The notes under the pieces are model-generated. The model had not been told where the DNA came from and made no database searches. It was given only the letters and a program-made list of their open reading frames with translations. The translations under genes and the position numbers were made by a program. A stretch of DNA of 62,953 nt, counting the filler, from Hausera hauseri (Eukaryota): assembly GCA_046269625.1 (NCBI GenBank). It is 10 parts of 10 records of this genome, joined end to end, with 100 filler letters (N's around TTAATTAATTAA, not from the genome) between each part and the next. Parts side by side here need not be neighbours in the genome. Positions count along the whole stretch, not along the records: positions 49,271 to 54,128 come from JBJURY010413256.1; positions 54,229 to 58,226 come from JBJURY010829861.1; positions 58,327 to 62,953 come from JBJURY010497574.1; 7 more parts are not named here. One strand, 5' to 3'. Below, piece after piece: positions 50,589 to 62,953 of this stretch (its first letter is position 1; each line of letters begins with the position of its first letter).

Positions 50589-53500
50589 CAACGAGCACCG
50601 AACGTAGCCAAAAAAAAGGATTTCAATAAGGTCAGATATTTTAAAAATTATTTGAACAATGTAAAGTAGTACTACTATAAGAACACTGTAGAAATGTTTT
50701 ACTAAATTATACTAGAATGTATGCCTCCCATTTAAATTTACCAACCACATGCCTCACCCGCTATCTGTAATTACGCTAAATATCCATGGTCTCCGGAAAA
50801 AATTAGCGGAGATCATTTCGCTGCTCCGAAGCCAAACACCCGATTTTATCCTACTCCAAGAAACACATATCACCACCCAATATGAAGCAGACAAAATAAC
50901 GACACAGTTAGGACTCAGGCACGGCATTTTTGCCCGAGGAACCCAATACACAGGAGTAGCCACACTCCAAACATCGGACAATTGGGAAATAACAGAACAT
51001 GAAACAGACACAGAAGGCAGAATAGCTATTGCTAAAATCCAAAACCCAGCAGATACAAAAGAGACCATCACTTTGGCAAACATTTACGCACCAGCACAAT
51101 ATAAGGAAAAACCCCTCTTTTATGATAAACTATTTCAAATTCTAGATCAACGATATAAAAACACTACCATAATAATCGGAGGAGATTTCAACTGCGTCCT
51201 ATCGCCGCTGGATGTCAGATGTGGAACGGTCAACAGGACACCATATGGGGATGAAATGCCACACACAATAACCTTACAGGCAATCCTGGACGAACATGAT
51301 TTGGTTGATACCTATAGGAAAACAAATCCGACAGGTACAGAGACAACCTTCAGCGACCCAAGCCGCACGAACAGAACTTCTCGACTAGATAAGATATACG
51401 CTCCAAAAAGCTTCACCGTAACAAAAATCCAACACCTACAACATACATTACGGTACACGGACCACAAAGCCGTTCAGGCACACTTCCATACATGCCCTAC
51501 ACATACACATTCAAAAACACCCCACTGGAAATTCAACAATAGTCTATTAACCAACCAGCGCTACACGACACAAATAGGAACATTAATACAAGCATACGTG
51601 CAAGACATACCCGAAGACAACGTGTCGGATTACTGGGAACTCCTTAAACGAACAATAGTCGATAGAACACAATCAATAGCTACAAAAATAAACCGGGAAT
51701 ACAAAAAGATGGAAAACATCATACTGTCTGCAATCAAAGAAACAGAACAAAACGACCGATCTTCGCCACATTTGCACACACTACGCGAAGAATTAGACCA
51801 ACACCGGAAAAAGAGATACCAAGGCGCACAGATAAGAACGAGACTGCCATCTACACCACACGAAACCCCAAACAGCGAGTATTTAGCACTAGAACAGAAC
51901 ATACACAGAAACAGACAGATACATCGCATAATAGACGCAGAAAACCAGACCCAATCCACGAATGATAACATCCTCACGGCATTCCAACAGTTCTACACAC
52001 AACTGTACACAGGACAACCGACACAACCGCTGGCACAAAGCCTTTTCTACGAACACACCAAACAGATCAACAATCAAGACAAAGCTATCTTAGACCAACC
52101 GATCACGACACAAGACCTTACGTCTGCCCTACACTCCTTCCAAAACGGAAAAACACCTGGACCAGACGGTCTATCAAAAGAATTTTACACTTACTTCTTC
52201 GTCCTATTAGGCCCCCTGTTCCTCAAAATGGTAGAGGAAATCGTGGAAAAACAGGAACTTCCGACCACACTACGACAATCATATATCACTTTAATACCCA
52301 AGAAAGACACCGACAGACAACGCATGGAAAACTACCGCCCTATCTCTCTACTAAATGTAGATTATAAAATTATTGCGAAGACCCTAGCCAATAAACTGAG
52401 ACCCTTCCTCCACTCACTAATACATGAAGATCAAACTTGTAGCATACCACACAGAAGCATTACACAACACACACACCTTATCCGAGATATAATTGAATAT
52501 GCAGAACAGAAGAATACTCCAGCCGCGATACTGTCACTAGACCAGCAAAAGGCATTCGACAGGGTCTCCCACGAATATCTACATCAACTCCTGGACAGAA
52601 GCAACTTCGGTGAATATTTTAAAACTTGGATAAAAATATTATATAAAGCACCCGAAAGCCGCCTCCTCATCAATAACAACCTCAGCGAGCCTATCCGACT
52701 AACACGATCCGTGAGACAAGGATGCCCCCTATCACCCCTTCTATACATCCTGACATTAGAACCGGTACTAGAAGCTATAAGGCAAGATACCAACATCAAA
52801 GGCTTTCACATACCAGGGGCAGGAGAACGGAAACTTACTGCCTATGCCGATGACACAACGCTGTACCCAAGCAACCTCAAATCCATACGTAACATCTTAG
52901 AAATTTTCATAGATTTCGGAACAATCAGTGGATCTAAACTTAACGTACAGAAGTCTACGATCATGGGCATCGGCCAATGGCAGAACAAAACGGAATACCC
53001 CCTGACACTAAGACGAGTGCAAGAAATGAAGGTATACGGAATCGAATATTACCCAACCAACAAAAGGAACAGGCACCGGCGCTGGAAACCAATAATGACC
53101 CGAAGTGAAGACATCTTAAATAGATACAAACACAAGACATTAACCATTTTTGGCAGAAGCGTGGTGGTAAACACGTATATACTCCCTCTGTTGTTTTACA
53201 AGGCCAACGTATACTCGCCACCAAAAGAAATAGTAAGGAAAATAAACCAAATGGTCAGACGGTTTATTTTCAAAAGCTCGATCAGCAACATACAACATAA
53301 AACCCTAATTCAGAAGAAAGGCGCAGGAGGGATTGGACTACTTGACATTGCAGCAAAAATAACAACACTACGAATTAAGTACGTAGGGGAAATTATAAAA
53401 CACTCACCAAGACACCCCCTAGCCCATTACTATTTGGGCATGAGAATAACCAAATGGCACAAACCTAGCAATACAATACCACACCACTACGGACCACCAC

Positions 53501-54128
53501 CACCCTTCTACCAGGAATGCATTACTGCCATTCACCAGAACGAAAACCACCTGCACGCAACAACCAATCAAATTTATACTCACATCGTGCAAACACAAGC
53601 ACCCTCATTACTCTTCCGGATCAAGGTAGGCTACAAATATTTCATTACAGACCACACCCAAATCTTTGAGAACCTGCACAACTTACCAGTCACACAGGCA
53701 ACTAAAGAAATCACGTTCCGATTAATTTACAACATGACCCCCATTAAATACCGGGCTAGACCATATGCTCAGAAGACAACCTTTTGCAAACTATGCCCCG
53801 AGAAGCACCAGGAGACAGAGGAGCACCTCTTCTATTCCTGCGCCGTGATGACCCCGACCATACGACATATGGAAAATTTGTTCTCCAAATACACACCCAA
53901 TTGTCCAATGCATAAAGCCATAATGATAAATATCATTCCGACCACAGAAACCGCTGCATATAAGTACATGTTGACAATTCTGGCCCAATATAGACACCTC
54001 GCATGGACGGCTCGGAACAGCGCAGTTTTCAAAAACGGGCGCTATACCCCGAAGACATTCCTGACAATATTTTGTCAACGAATTACCTATATTCCAGAAC
54101 CAAAGTACACCAAACCCGCCGTCAGTAA
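49387..54128 (+). mobile_element. Apparently intact Tx1/L1-clade non-LTR retrotransposon
   Basis: Two uninterrupted ORFs with a 160-bp spacer; 3' end not visible. Confidence 0.92.
50749..54128 (+). CDS. L1/Tx1-type ORF2: AP endonuclease, reverse transcriptase, C-terminal CCHC; runs into the contig gap
   Basis: TLNIHGL, LLQETH, NIYAP, GGDFN, SRLDKIY, TDHKAV, WKFNNSLL; KTPGPDGL, NYRPISLLNVDYKI, LDQQKAFDRV, SVRQGCPLSPLLY, AYADD; CKLC...ETEEHLFYSC. No internal stops. Confidence 0.96.
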
Positions 54129-54228
54129 NNNNNNNNNNNNNNNNNNNNNNNNNNNNNNNNNNNNNNNNNNNNTTAATTAATTAANNNNNNNNNNNNNNNN
54201 NNNNNNNNNNNNNNNNNNNNNNNNNNNN
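54129..54228. other. Artificial contig spacer
   Basis: Same linker. Confidence 0.98.
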
Positions 54229-54661
54229 TTACTAAATATTATTAATTATTTCATGACTAAGTACGAAAAATTTGCATAATACTTCATAAAAGAATTCTAT
54301 CGAAAATTTTTTAAATTCTTTTTAATAAATTCTCATAATTTTTTTAATTTATTTCAATTGTGTACTTTTATTAAACTTGTAATTAAATTATAATAAATTA
54401 TTAAAATTTTAACAATCAAAATATAATTTAAACTTATTCAATCCGTATTTTGATTCCCTTGTAATTTTATCGGAGTTGTATTTAACACTAGATTTCAATA
54501 AAGACAAGAAAACAAAAGTAGATCATTTTTATAATACTCATAATAGACCATTAATACAAACAGAAACTAATTCATATAGATATAAATATAAATATACAAA
54601 CAAAAAATCCAAATCGTTAAAAGAGAAAAACCTTTATTTAACACATAAAATGCTAACAATC

Positions 54662-57115
54662 TTAAACAATTCGAAATTGTTTTTCTATGGTTTTCGCTTC
54701 ATCGAATGAAGCAATGAGATAATAAAAAATCATCTCCGATTTGTAGCAATTAAATTTACCACAATCAACTCCATGGGATTTGCGTTTTTTATTCACAAAA
54801 ATGTGTGTAACATTTGGATGATTTGATAATTGATTTACTGAAACGACCTGCCCACCACCACATTCTATTATTTTACTCAACATTTTTCTATGTGAATCTG
54901 AGTCTAAGATGCATACAATCCAATCGTTAAATGCCTTCCCACCTGCCTTTCGCCATCGTATTGCTGCTGTAGCCAAACATTTTTCCTTTTTACTGATCCG
55001 TTTTCCACACTGTTCCAAAAATAAATTCGTGTTCAAACCACCCCATTCGTAATTGGCTTCGTCCACCCATTTACCTTCTTTGATAGATTGATCGAGATAT
55101 GACTCATGAATGATCCATTTCCCGGAACTGATTGCTGCTAAGTACTTTTCATTTCGAACTGGGAATGATGTAATCAAGTGAGTCATTTCATTTAAATCAT
55201 CTGGAAATTGGACAGTTTCATCAAATTTGGATATTTCTGACTGATAAAACACCTGCTTTTCTTTGTCAATGTTGGAGAACATCATAAATTTGTGTTTATT
55301 TCTGGTCGTAGAATCATATTGTGGTCGTAGTACATAATTTAGACCTAAATCAGACAAGACTTTTGATTTCTTTGTGGCTAATTCTTCACAAACACATTCT
55401 TCCATTTTACGTTTCCTACATTTTGGTAAAATTGGATTTTGAACTGCGCCTTCTCTTTTATCAAATATCTTAGATTTAATTTCGTTATTCTCTGTCACTG
55501 GAAGACCTGACAGCAGCAAAAAATTTGTGGTTTCGACTAATTTTTGACTAGAAATGCATGTTGTAACCCAATGTCTACTAACTGCTGGAATACTATTCTT
55601 AACGGCATATGAATAACGCTTATCGTCTACTTTTGAACAGATCAAGTGAGTTGTAGCCAAAATATTTCGATTGGGAATGGGTTTTACCGACAATATATTT
55701 TGGCAAACTGCTCCAAAAGCTTTGCATATAGTCTTCAAAATATTCAGTTCGTTCGATTGATAACCACAAAACGTTATCACACAATTACTGAATAAATCGT
55801 GGGGAATATTTTGACAAACAATTGGCTGGTACAAAAAGTCTTCAGATGGATTAAGAAATCTGTTAGATTTTTCACATTCTTGTACATAATATTCTGTCAC
55901 TAAAACAACGTTACATGGGAATTCTGAAGTCCCATTGATGATGGAATTGCAAATTATGAAACATTCTTCAACTGAATCTTCTGAAATCCTACCACCATTC
56001 ATATTGATTAGGCTGGTTAAATTTTCCTTGGCTGTCGTAGCAATGTTTGTAGAAAAAATAAATTTCTTTTCACGAAATATTCCAGCCCGAATTATGTCAT
56101 ACTCCTGGCACTCCTTGTTAGGTTTTAAATAATCTTTTAAAACGTCAAACATTTCTAAATTATATTTCTCGGGTGGCACACTTTTATCATAATTATCTTC
56201 AACACTTTCTTCATCATGTGTTTCATTATTTTGATCATCTTCGTCGTAATTATCTGCTACGTGAGCTACAACACTTTGTCTATTCTTCACTAGATAGTTC
56301 TTTTCGTTTTGTAGAAATCCCTTCGAAACAGAATCAGATAACCAAGAAACATTTACTACAGCGATTTTCCATTTCTTCGCCTGAGCTACTATTTTTAATG
56401 ATTCACTTTTAGCAATGAGATGGGTGCACTTTCCAACAACAAGTTCAGAGTTGTACTCACCACCGTTGTTTTCAATAAGATTTATTGCAATCTCTTTCTC
56501 TTTGGTACCAAATTCACTAAGACTAATGCAGAGTGAAGTAAACACCCCAAGCTTGTATTTATGAACAATCGATTTATCTAAACCCCACAGAGAATATGAA
56601 TGAAATGATGACGACCACATATTATCAATCCAGTCAGACTTCAATATGGGCAATTGTTTCACACCGGCCATATTATATTTCACACTTCCTGCATGGTTGG
56701 TTACTAAAGCATTCACAGTATCCGTTAAGTCACCACTTACACAACCATTCATGTATTCCACTAATATTGACAGTCTGTCTCTTTCACCCTTATCCATGGA
56801 TGTGAAGCAGACTGTAATTCCAGTCATTGCACCACTATAAATGCATTTTACAGGCAACGGCTCATCATTACTAAAGCAGTGCATGATAATCTGGGGTCCA
56901 ATAATCTGGGCTTCCAGCTTTCGTAAATGATTGAAAACACTCCCTTTGAATAATGATAACACAAAAATGCAATTAAAATGATGGAGACAAAATTTTTTAA
57001 GGACTTCAGTTTTTGATATCATAAATGTACGGCATTCTGGTAATCTTGATAAAATATTGTAGGCTTCTCTAAGCATGTCACATTCTGCGTTGTTTACAAA
57101 GTAAACATCCAACAT
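54662..57115 (-). CDS. TOPBP1: TOPBP1-like multi-BRCT protein, compact (817 aa), intronless
   Basis: FNHLRKLEAQIIGPQII (BRCT0), MTGITVCFTSM...YMNG...GSVKY (BRCT1), NNGGEY...KCTHLI (BRCT2), GIFREKKF and CVITFCGY...ATTHLIC (BRCT4/5), RNEKYLAAISSGKWIIHESYL...YEWG and AAIRWRK...AFNDW...GGGQV (BRCT7/8). Confidence 0.88.
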   Translation of the reverse strand: MLDVYFVNNAECDMLREAYNILSRLPECRTFMISKTEVLKKFCLHHFNCIFVLSLFKGSVFNHLRKLEAQIIGPQIIMHCFSNDEPLPVKCIYSGAMTGITVCFTSMDKGERDRLSILVEYMNGCVSGDLTDTVNALVTNHAGSVKYNMAGVKQLPILKSDWIDNMWSSSFHSYSLWGLDKSIVHKYKLGVFTSLCISLSEFGTKEKEIAINLIENNGGEYNSELVVGKCTHLIAKSESLKIVAQAKKWKIAVVNVSWLSDSVSKGFLQNEKNYLVKNRQSVVAHVADNYDEDDQNNETHDEESVEDNYDKSVPPEKYNLEMFDVLKDYLKPNKECQEYDIIRAGIFREKKFIFSTNIATTAKENLTSLINMNGGRISEDSVEECFIICNSIINGTSEFPCNVVLVTEYYVQECEKSNRFLNPSEDFLYQPIVCQNIPHDLFSNCVITFCGYQSNELNILKTICKAFGAVCQNILSVKPIPNRNILATTHLICSKVDDKRYSYAVKNSIPAVSRHWVTTCISSQKLVETTNFLLLSGLPVTENNEIKSKIFDKREGAVQNPILPKCRKRKMEECVCEELATKKSKVLSDLGLNYVLRPQYDSTTRNKHKFMMFSNIDKEKQVFYQSEISKFDETVQFPDDLNEMTHLITSFPVRNEKYLAAISSGKWIIHESYLDQSIKEGKWVDEANYEWGGLNTNLFLEQCGKRISKKEKCLATAAIRWRKAGGKAFNDWIVCILDSDSHRKMLSKIIECGGGQVVSVNQLSNHPNVTHIFVNKKRKSHGVDCGKFNCYKSEMIFYYLIASFDEAKTIEKQFRIV

Positions 57116-57221
57116 TTCCTATTTCTGTGCATAATATTTTTCTTGTGTGGCTGATCCAGTGTTACGTCGATGTGTAATTTAACAGTTCATTGCATTTTCA
57201 TTTCTTAAAATTCATCCCCAG

Positions 57222-57464
57222 AACAAAACATCACGCAATTTATTCTCATGACCAATGGTCAGCAAGGGATGGTTCACAGTATTTCAACAAACTGGAGTGA
57301 GGCACATCAAGATGTTTACCCCCCAATTGCAAACTTAAAGCGACCCAATGCAGTTGACTTTGATGCTTTGGAGCAGTATATCTACTTCTCTGATGTAGCC
57401 AAACACACAGTTGGACGAAGAAAATTTGATACGGATGACGAGCCTGAGTTCTTTATGCAACGAG
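57222..57464 (+). CDS. Internal exon of an LRP1-like LDL-receptor-family gene (YWTD beta-propeller)
   Basis: Acceptor ...TTCATCCCCAG|, donor G|GTAATA, phase 1-1; QFILMTNGQQGMVHSI...PIANLKRPNAVDFDALEQYIYFSD...VGRRKFD resembles LRP1 (PIENL..PRALDFHA..GFIYFAD...IGRQKIDG). Confidence 0.8.
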
Positions 57465-58162
57465 GTAATACTAAATAAAATAGCCAACTGTATATTTGTT
57501 AAATGCAGTATCACAAGGTGTGAGTGATTATGTCTGTTCATGATATGCAGTGTTCAGATGTTCACTTTATAGTCATCTTTGCATAGAAACAGTCAACATT
57601 ATACTGATGATTAAAATGATAATAATGCAGCTTTAGCTGTGAACGGGTTGTTCTTGACAGCCCATTGTCTTTGGGACAAAGCAACTACCCTTCTCAGTGG
57701 TAACTACAATAATAGCGATTAATATTGTATTTTAGTGATTCATGTTTTTTGTTAACAGGGAACTAATGGCAGTCAGCTGTGGGATACAGCATTCGCTATA
57801 CATGCATTTCTAGAGGTAAGTTCTAAGTATCATACAGTTATCCTTATGACAATAATTAGTAATTTATGACTGTTGCTGTTTGAATGTCTAGACCATTTTC
57901 TGCATTGAACCATGTTTACATGCTGATGAGCTGTGTGGCTATCAGTCTTTAACGTGGAATGGATCATGTGGTCACTACAGTGCTTGTGCTGAATCACAGT
58001 GATCTGTGTTGCTAGTACCCCATCATCATGGGACCCAAGCAGTATCAACAAAAATATCAACATGGTCATTTTAGATTTTTTTCTAACAGATTATTTATTT
58101 GGCCATTGTTGGAAAATTTTAAGGAAGAAGAGGAAGAGCAAAATAAAGGGAAGAAGAAGGAA

Positions 58163-58226
58163 ACTTCAGATGGCAGATGTGACACGAAAATCAAAAGTAG
58201 AATTGCGGAGGCAGAAACAGCATTCT
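58163..58226 (+). mobile_element. RTE-clade RT fragment at contig end
   Basis: TSDGRCDTKIKSRIAEAETAF is typical of the RTE thumb region. Confidence 0.65.
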
Positions 58227-58326
58227 NNNNNNNNNNNNNNNNNNNNNNNNNNNNNNNNNNNNNNNNNNNNTTAATTAATTAANNNNNNNNNNNNNNNNNN
58301 NNNNNNNNNNNNNNNNNNNNNNNNNN
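58227..58326. other. Artificial contig spacer
   Basis: Same linker. Confidence 0.98.
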
Positions 58327-59852
58327 CATGACACGCTCCCGCTTGCCCTTTGAAGACTTTGGTGCACAGGTACTAGCATCAAAGTCTTAACTCCCTAATT
58401 CTGATACTATTCTGTCACCCTCTGTTAAGCAATGCAATGGAAATGTAAATGCAACAAAAAAAGCATCAAATTCATACTAATGCATAATAGTCGACATTAA
58501 AGAAAATTAGTACACCCAATATGTCGCCTGTCTGTCAATAGTATATACACAAGAAATCATTATATTTCACACAAGCCAAAAGTTACCAATCATGAAGACC
58601 ATCTAAGTAATTAGGAACGAGCATTTTACATTGTAAATCAATCACATGAAACACAATAGTTTACCCTTGATCTGAAAACAGAATATACGTACATCCTGAA
58701 AAAAAGAAGGGATGGGGAAGGGAAATAAAGATATGCGAGGTGCAGCATGAAACTGTACCAAGTTTTCCCTTCATGTATTTCAATTATTTCCTGTGTTCCA
58801 CCATGTTTCAAACAATCTTTAAAGCCATGAGATCCTTATGTCTTTCAAGCCTCCACGTCTGGTGTGTCCTACGACTTGAATGTCACTCAGGGGAATTGCT
58901 GTTTGTAATTTTTGCCCCTGCATGTCTACTGCAAATCCCAAAACTAAAAGTAGCAATACAACAATTGCATGAAATAATATATGCTCATTAAATGGTCAGT
59001 AAAATTGAAAACACAACATACACATATTATAAATGGTATAACATGTTCCACATGCATGAACAAAAATAAAGGATATACTGTGTATAGAAATAACATGAAA
59101 TATTGTCATCCATACCATAAATAAATAATTAACACAAGTCAAAGGATGTGTTTTATGTGTTGGCTATTTCTTCCGTTGAGTTGTCAGCCAGTACCAATAC
59201 CCACACATGATATATAAAAAGTGACCAATCATACACACATCACTCTAAAATTGCAAACAAGAATCAGTCAAGTATGAGACCACTTGTCCATTCACACAAA
59301 CACCAATATGTTGCAACAACAAAATAACTATAATAACAAAGTGTTGCAATCCTATATCATCATATATCAGACATATTAAACATTGAAACTATCATAACCT
59401 CAAACATGAGTATTTTAAAAATGAAAAATACCAATACATTATTACAGTCAAAACCAAAATTTTAAATGGTGGGATTCAAGCAAGTATCACCATTTAATAC
59501 AAAATGTATCCCATTAACAAACATTTCAAGGATGTTTCAAGGACATTACCACCCATTAAATCCTATATTCAGAAACAATTGAGTGTACCAACACTCTTTA
59601 CAAACCCATATTCAATAAAATCACCAATATACTATTTCTACTCCTTTCTCTCCACATATATTAAACTGATCATCTGTCAGTATTAAACTGTCTGCTAACC
59701 GCATAATTGTTTTAATATAAATCAAAACGTGACAGTAAAGAATACACATCAATCAGCTATCCGCCTGTCACTGACTATTAGGTATCCATTATAGTTACTA
59801 CTAGGCTATGCGCTTATAACTTGTGTCTCAACTTTGGGTAAACATTTTGTTA

Positions 59853-60329
59853 CTATGATGATATATCAATATCATATGCTTTTGCAGAATTGCATACAAA
59901 ACAGCATTTATATCCTCTCTCCTTGGGTACCCGAGCATGACACTTCATTTTCATGTTGCGTATTGCTCTGTAGTGTTCTGTGAACTTTGAATCTATTTTG
60001 TCAGCGAAATCTTTCTTTTCCTTGAGTAATTTATTCTTATCCTGCAATTTTTGCTTCAACGCATTGTTTGATTTCGATAGGGTATCGTTCTTTTCCTTGA
60101 TTTCAGTGATCAGTTCATCTTTTCCTTCCAGAGTTTCCTTAAATTGTTTCAGCTGTGTTTCTAAAGCACCTTTGGAATTTTCATGGCGATCGCAGGACAT
60201 CCGCAGTTTTTCATTTTCAGCCGACGACTGTTCTGCCTGCTTCTCGCATTCCGATAATTGTTGTTTGAGACATTCAATATCATTTCCCAGTCTCTGTTGC
60301 ACATCATTCGAATTTGACTGAAGCTTCAC
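59853..60329 (-). CDS. Coiled-coil ORF inside the putative LTR element, unknown function
   Basis: 158-aa E/K/Q/L-rich heptad-like ORF ending in CCFVC; coding-like sequence continues upstream to about 60660. Confidence 0.4.
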   Translation of the reverse strand: MKLQSNSNDVQQRLGNDIECLKQQLSECEKQAEQSSAENEKLRMSCDRHENSKGALETQLKQFKETLEGKDELITEIKEKNDTLSKSNNALKQKLQDKNKLLKEKKDFADKIDSKFTEHYRAIRNMKMKCHARVPKERGYKCCFVCNSAKAYDIDISS

Positions 60330-60667
60330 AATTTGGTCATGTAATTCAAGGATGGTTACCTCTTTCTGCCGTAAAAGTTTCTCTAAATCTTTAATTTTTG
60401 TCAGTGCTATCTTAATTTGTTCATCCTTCTGATCCTTTTTCGCTCTTTCGGTTTGTATTTCTCGACTTATTGTATTAACGGCTACTGATATTCCTATGTC
60501 TCTAGTATGAATTTCGCTCGGTTTGGTCTGAGTTTGTATGTCCTGACATACCTTATGCGCAGCTGCAATTATTCCTATATCTCTAGTGTGTATTATGCGT
60601 GTACCTCCTTCTTCAAATCTTCAACTTCTCGCACTAGCCTATCTACTATTTCATACACCCTATCTTT

Positions 60668-61072
60668 TCAGCCTCTCCCGCTTCTATGTTCCTGGCTGTG
60701 TTTAATAAATGTTTCTGCAGAATTCCAATGTCCCAAAAAGTTGTTTCCCTCACTTTTCCTGTTATTTCTACTTAAATTTCTAACTTCGTTTCGTTGTCCT
60801 GTGCTTACATAGAAGCTTGGATTATTATTTCTGGTGTACCTTATTTTTTTATCCTTAGTCCGCCAGTTATTTGTCCTTGGACCTTTTCTTAACCAACCCG
60901 CTTCCAGATGATTTTTCGACCTACAATAGAAACACTTGTAAATATTTTTCTTTCTTTCTCCCGTCCAACGTTTAATAGAAGGTTCCGTTATGGAAGCATA
61001 ACCCATATCTCTGATGTAATTTCTGTTAAACTGATTCCTTTGCCAGTTGTGACTTGCTGGTCTAAATTCCAT
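60668..61072 (-). pseudogene. Gag-like remnant with degenerate zinc knuckle
   Basis: CFYCRSKNHLEAGW = CX2CX4HX4(C>W) in an N/R-rich context. Confidence 0.5.
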
Positions 61073-62953
61073 GTTATACTCAAAACTAAGCAGTTAGCTA
61101 TCTAAATCAGTATTAGTGTCTTGATGTTCTGTTTCTTTCTTGCCTAAAAAAATGAATAAAACCACTACACATGAATTGTTTATCCCACAGGTTAATTCTT
61201 TCCCAATTTGCTATTGCTAACTATTGTTAATGCATCTGGTGATGCCTGTACTATGTGCGACTCTGCAGTCAACCGTTCCGCACAAATGACTTTACCTGTG
61301 TTCTATTGTTCTGTTTGCTAACCCTGGAGTAACAAACTCGTCTCATAAAATGTTAAACTACCCTAAATAATACCCCTTTCAACTTGAAAAGTAATAACTG
61401 AAAATTTACGCTAAAATTAAGCGAGTGACTAAAGCTGAGATTATATGAGTTTACAATTTTAAAAATTAAGCAACAAAAAATTAAGGTACAAATTATACCT
61501 AAATTCACTAAAGAAATAACTAAATATAATACTTAACTAATTAAGGTCTTACATTTAGCCTCCCGTCCGTCCTGGTTTCTTGGAAGTTGTCAGAACACAC
61601 ATGTAGAAAAACAACATCATACACAGCACATTGATTGTTAATTTTCAAAGATTGTCTGAGGTCATCAACAGTTATTTTTCATCTTCATTGTCAATCTCCG
61701 TCGGCAAGAAAGTTATTTCTCGTGTAGACTCACATGCATGGGCTGGCGTTGGTCACCTCAGATGTAGTCATTACGTTTCCATTCATTGATGATGTTCGGC
61801 AGGCACAGTTCTTCGTTTACGTGGATTCAAACAGATTGGCTTTGGTTGTCTCAGCTGTGGGCAACTTTTTGTCAGGTAGCAGAGTTCTGTTATTTTGACA
61901 TGATGAAACAGTTCGATATGTGTCAGTAGTTGCGGGTCGTCGCCAGGTCACAAATACAACTGGATATTGGCAACGGTTTTGACAAGAGTAACAAACAAAA
62001 TTGTTCTGGTGCTAAATTGATGAAGTTGACTACAATTACACTGAAGAAAAAGCTGTTATTATTTTGCTGCCTTGGTTCACTGGATCACGGACACCACTTG
62101 TAACAAAGAAGCTGAGAGTTGTGTCGAACTATGTGAGGTGATGACACACCAATCCGTGACAGCTATGAAGAACTGAATAGAGTCAGAACTCAGCTCAACA
62201 AGTTAATAATGTTTATTTCCAGCAGTACACGTTAAATAAGGACAATGCTGCATACATACAAATCATCAGCAACATATGATAATATCTGGCCGTAGAGATC
62301 GTCTGTCGTATCTTATAGTAGTCAGTACTTCGCTTTGTGTGGCAGCTACTGTTACGACTGTCTCTAATAATCTGGAGGCTCTGGCTAACTCTGCACTAAC
62401 TGACTCATCGACTGACTTCTCGCTCTGACTGCCTTCTTGCTCTCCTCATCCTCTTGCTCCTCGCTCTGTCCCAGTCTGAATTATCCTTGAGTGAGATCTC
62501 TCCTCCTTTATATAATGGTCTGATTCTTTTAATTTTCCTTTATTTGCCAACTCTCCTTTGTGTCTATTTTTGGGTCAGCGTCTGACTTTAACCTTAACCT
62601 AAATATTTATCGAATTTACTGTAATTACACCGATGTCTGAACATAGAACCTTAACTGATGTTATCTTTTGATCCTGTCATAATAACTGCGTCTTTGTACC
62701 TATCTGCCGAATGGTTGCCCCACTATTATCCGGCCCGTCTAATACATTCGCATTCCATCAATGGTGTTGTTCTATTGTTAAATATTCGGGGCCATTGTGT
62801 CGTCCATTCAGATGTCGCCCTGACTGTAATTATCCGTACCCATTTAAAATATATCTCCAGAGGCAATCTCAATGTTTCTTTTACTGCCTACAATTATTCT
62901 ATTGTGGGCCAAGGCGTCCAGCAGTCTGACCTAGGTCGTAAAACTAAATAAAC

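Larger units (their letters stand above)
58327..62953 (-). mobile_element. Putative non-autonomous LTR element: 5' LTR end, PBS, pol-less interior, PPT, start of 3' LTR
   Basis: Minus strand: TATATAAAG near 62510, AATAAA near 62215, LTR end ...GTTACA (62099), then AG-TGGTGTCCGTGA PBS-like (62096-62085); purine-rich AAAGGGCAAGCGGGAGCG (58351-58334) then TGTCATG at the contig edge. Confidence 0.55.

Noticed and set aside
50006-54078. Multiple antisense ORFs over the Tx1 element (and similar shadow ORFs over elements A, B and TOPBP1)
   Set aside because: Shadow frames caused by strand-biased composition of the real ORFs; no motifs.

Overview
This is not a contiguous locus. It is ten AT-rich eukaryotic (metazoan) contigs joined by nine artificial 100-bp N44-TTAATTAATTAA-N44 spacers. 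The contigs are approx. 1-4085, 4186-12027, 12128-16930, 17031-24955, 25056-29420, 29521-33620, 33721-49170, 49271-54128, 54229-58226 and 58327-62953. Most of the sequence is decayed mobile DNA: Ty3/Gypsy LTR elements, an RNase H-bearing LINE, RTE fragments, Polinton/Maverick remnants and an intact-looking L1/Tx1 element. The host genes are an intronless HMGB-like gene, a compact intronless TOPBP1-like gene next to an LRP1-like exon, and CDC48/VCP and calsyntenin pseudogenes. Two observations stand out. (1) Two divergent, decayed Gypsy-like elements (4186-12027 + and 17031-24955 -) share the order Gag - long accessory region - internal signal peptide - chuvirus-like (class III/gB-type) glycoprotein. 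Both accessory regions carry a ubiquitin-like domain and an AT-hook-like basic motif; the first also has a Bcl-2-like and a REX4/ISG20-like domain. In the second element the glycoprotein tail runs in frame into the protease and Pol, which suggests one Gag-X-Env-Pol polyprotein with env upstream of pol. (2) The ORF1 of a Tx1-type LINE starts with the histone H3 N-terminus (MARTKQT) behind a CCAAT/TATA-like promoter, which suggests insertion into a histone H3 gene with use of its promoter and start codon. All family assignments are by-eye motif recognition; no searches were run.
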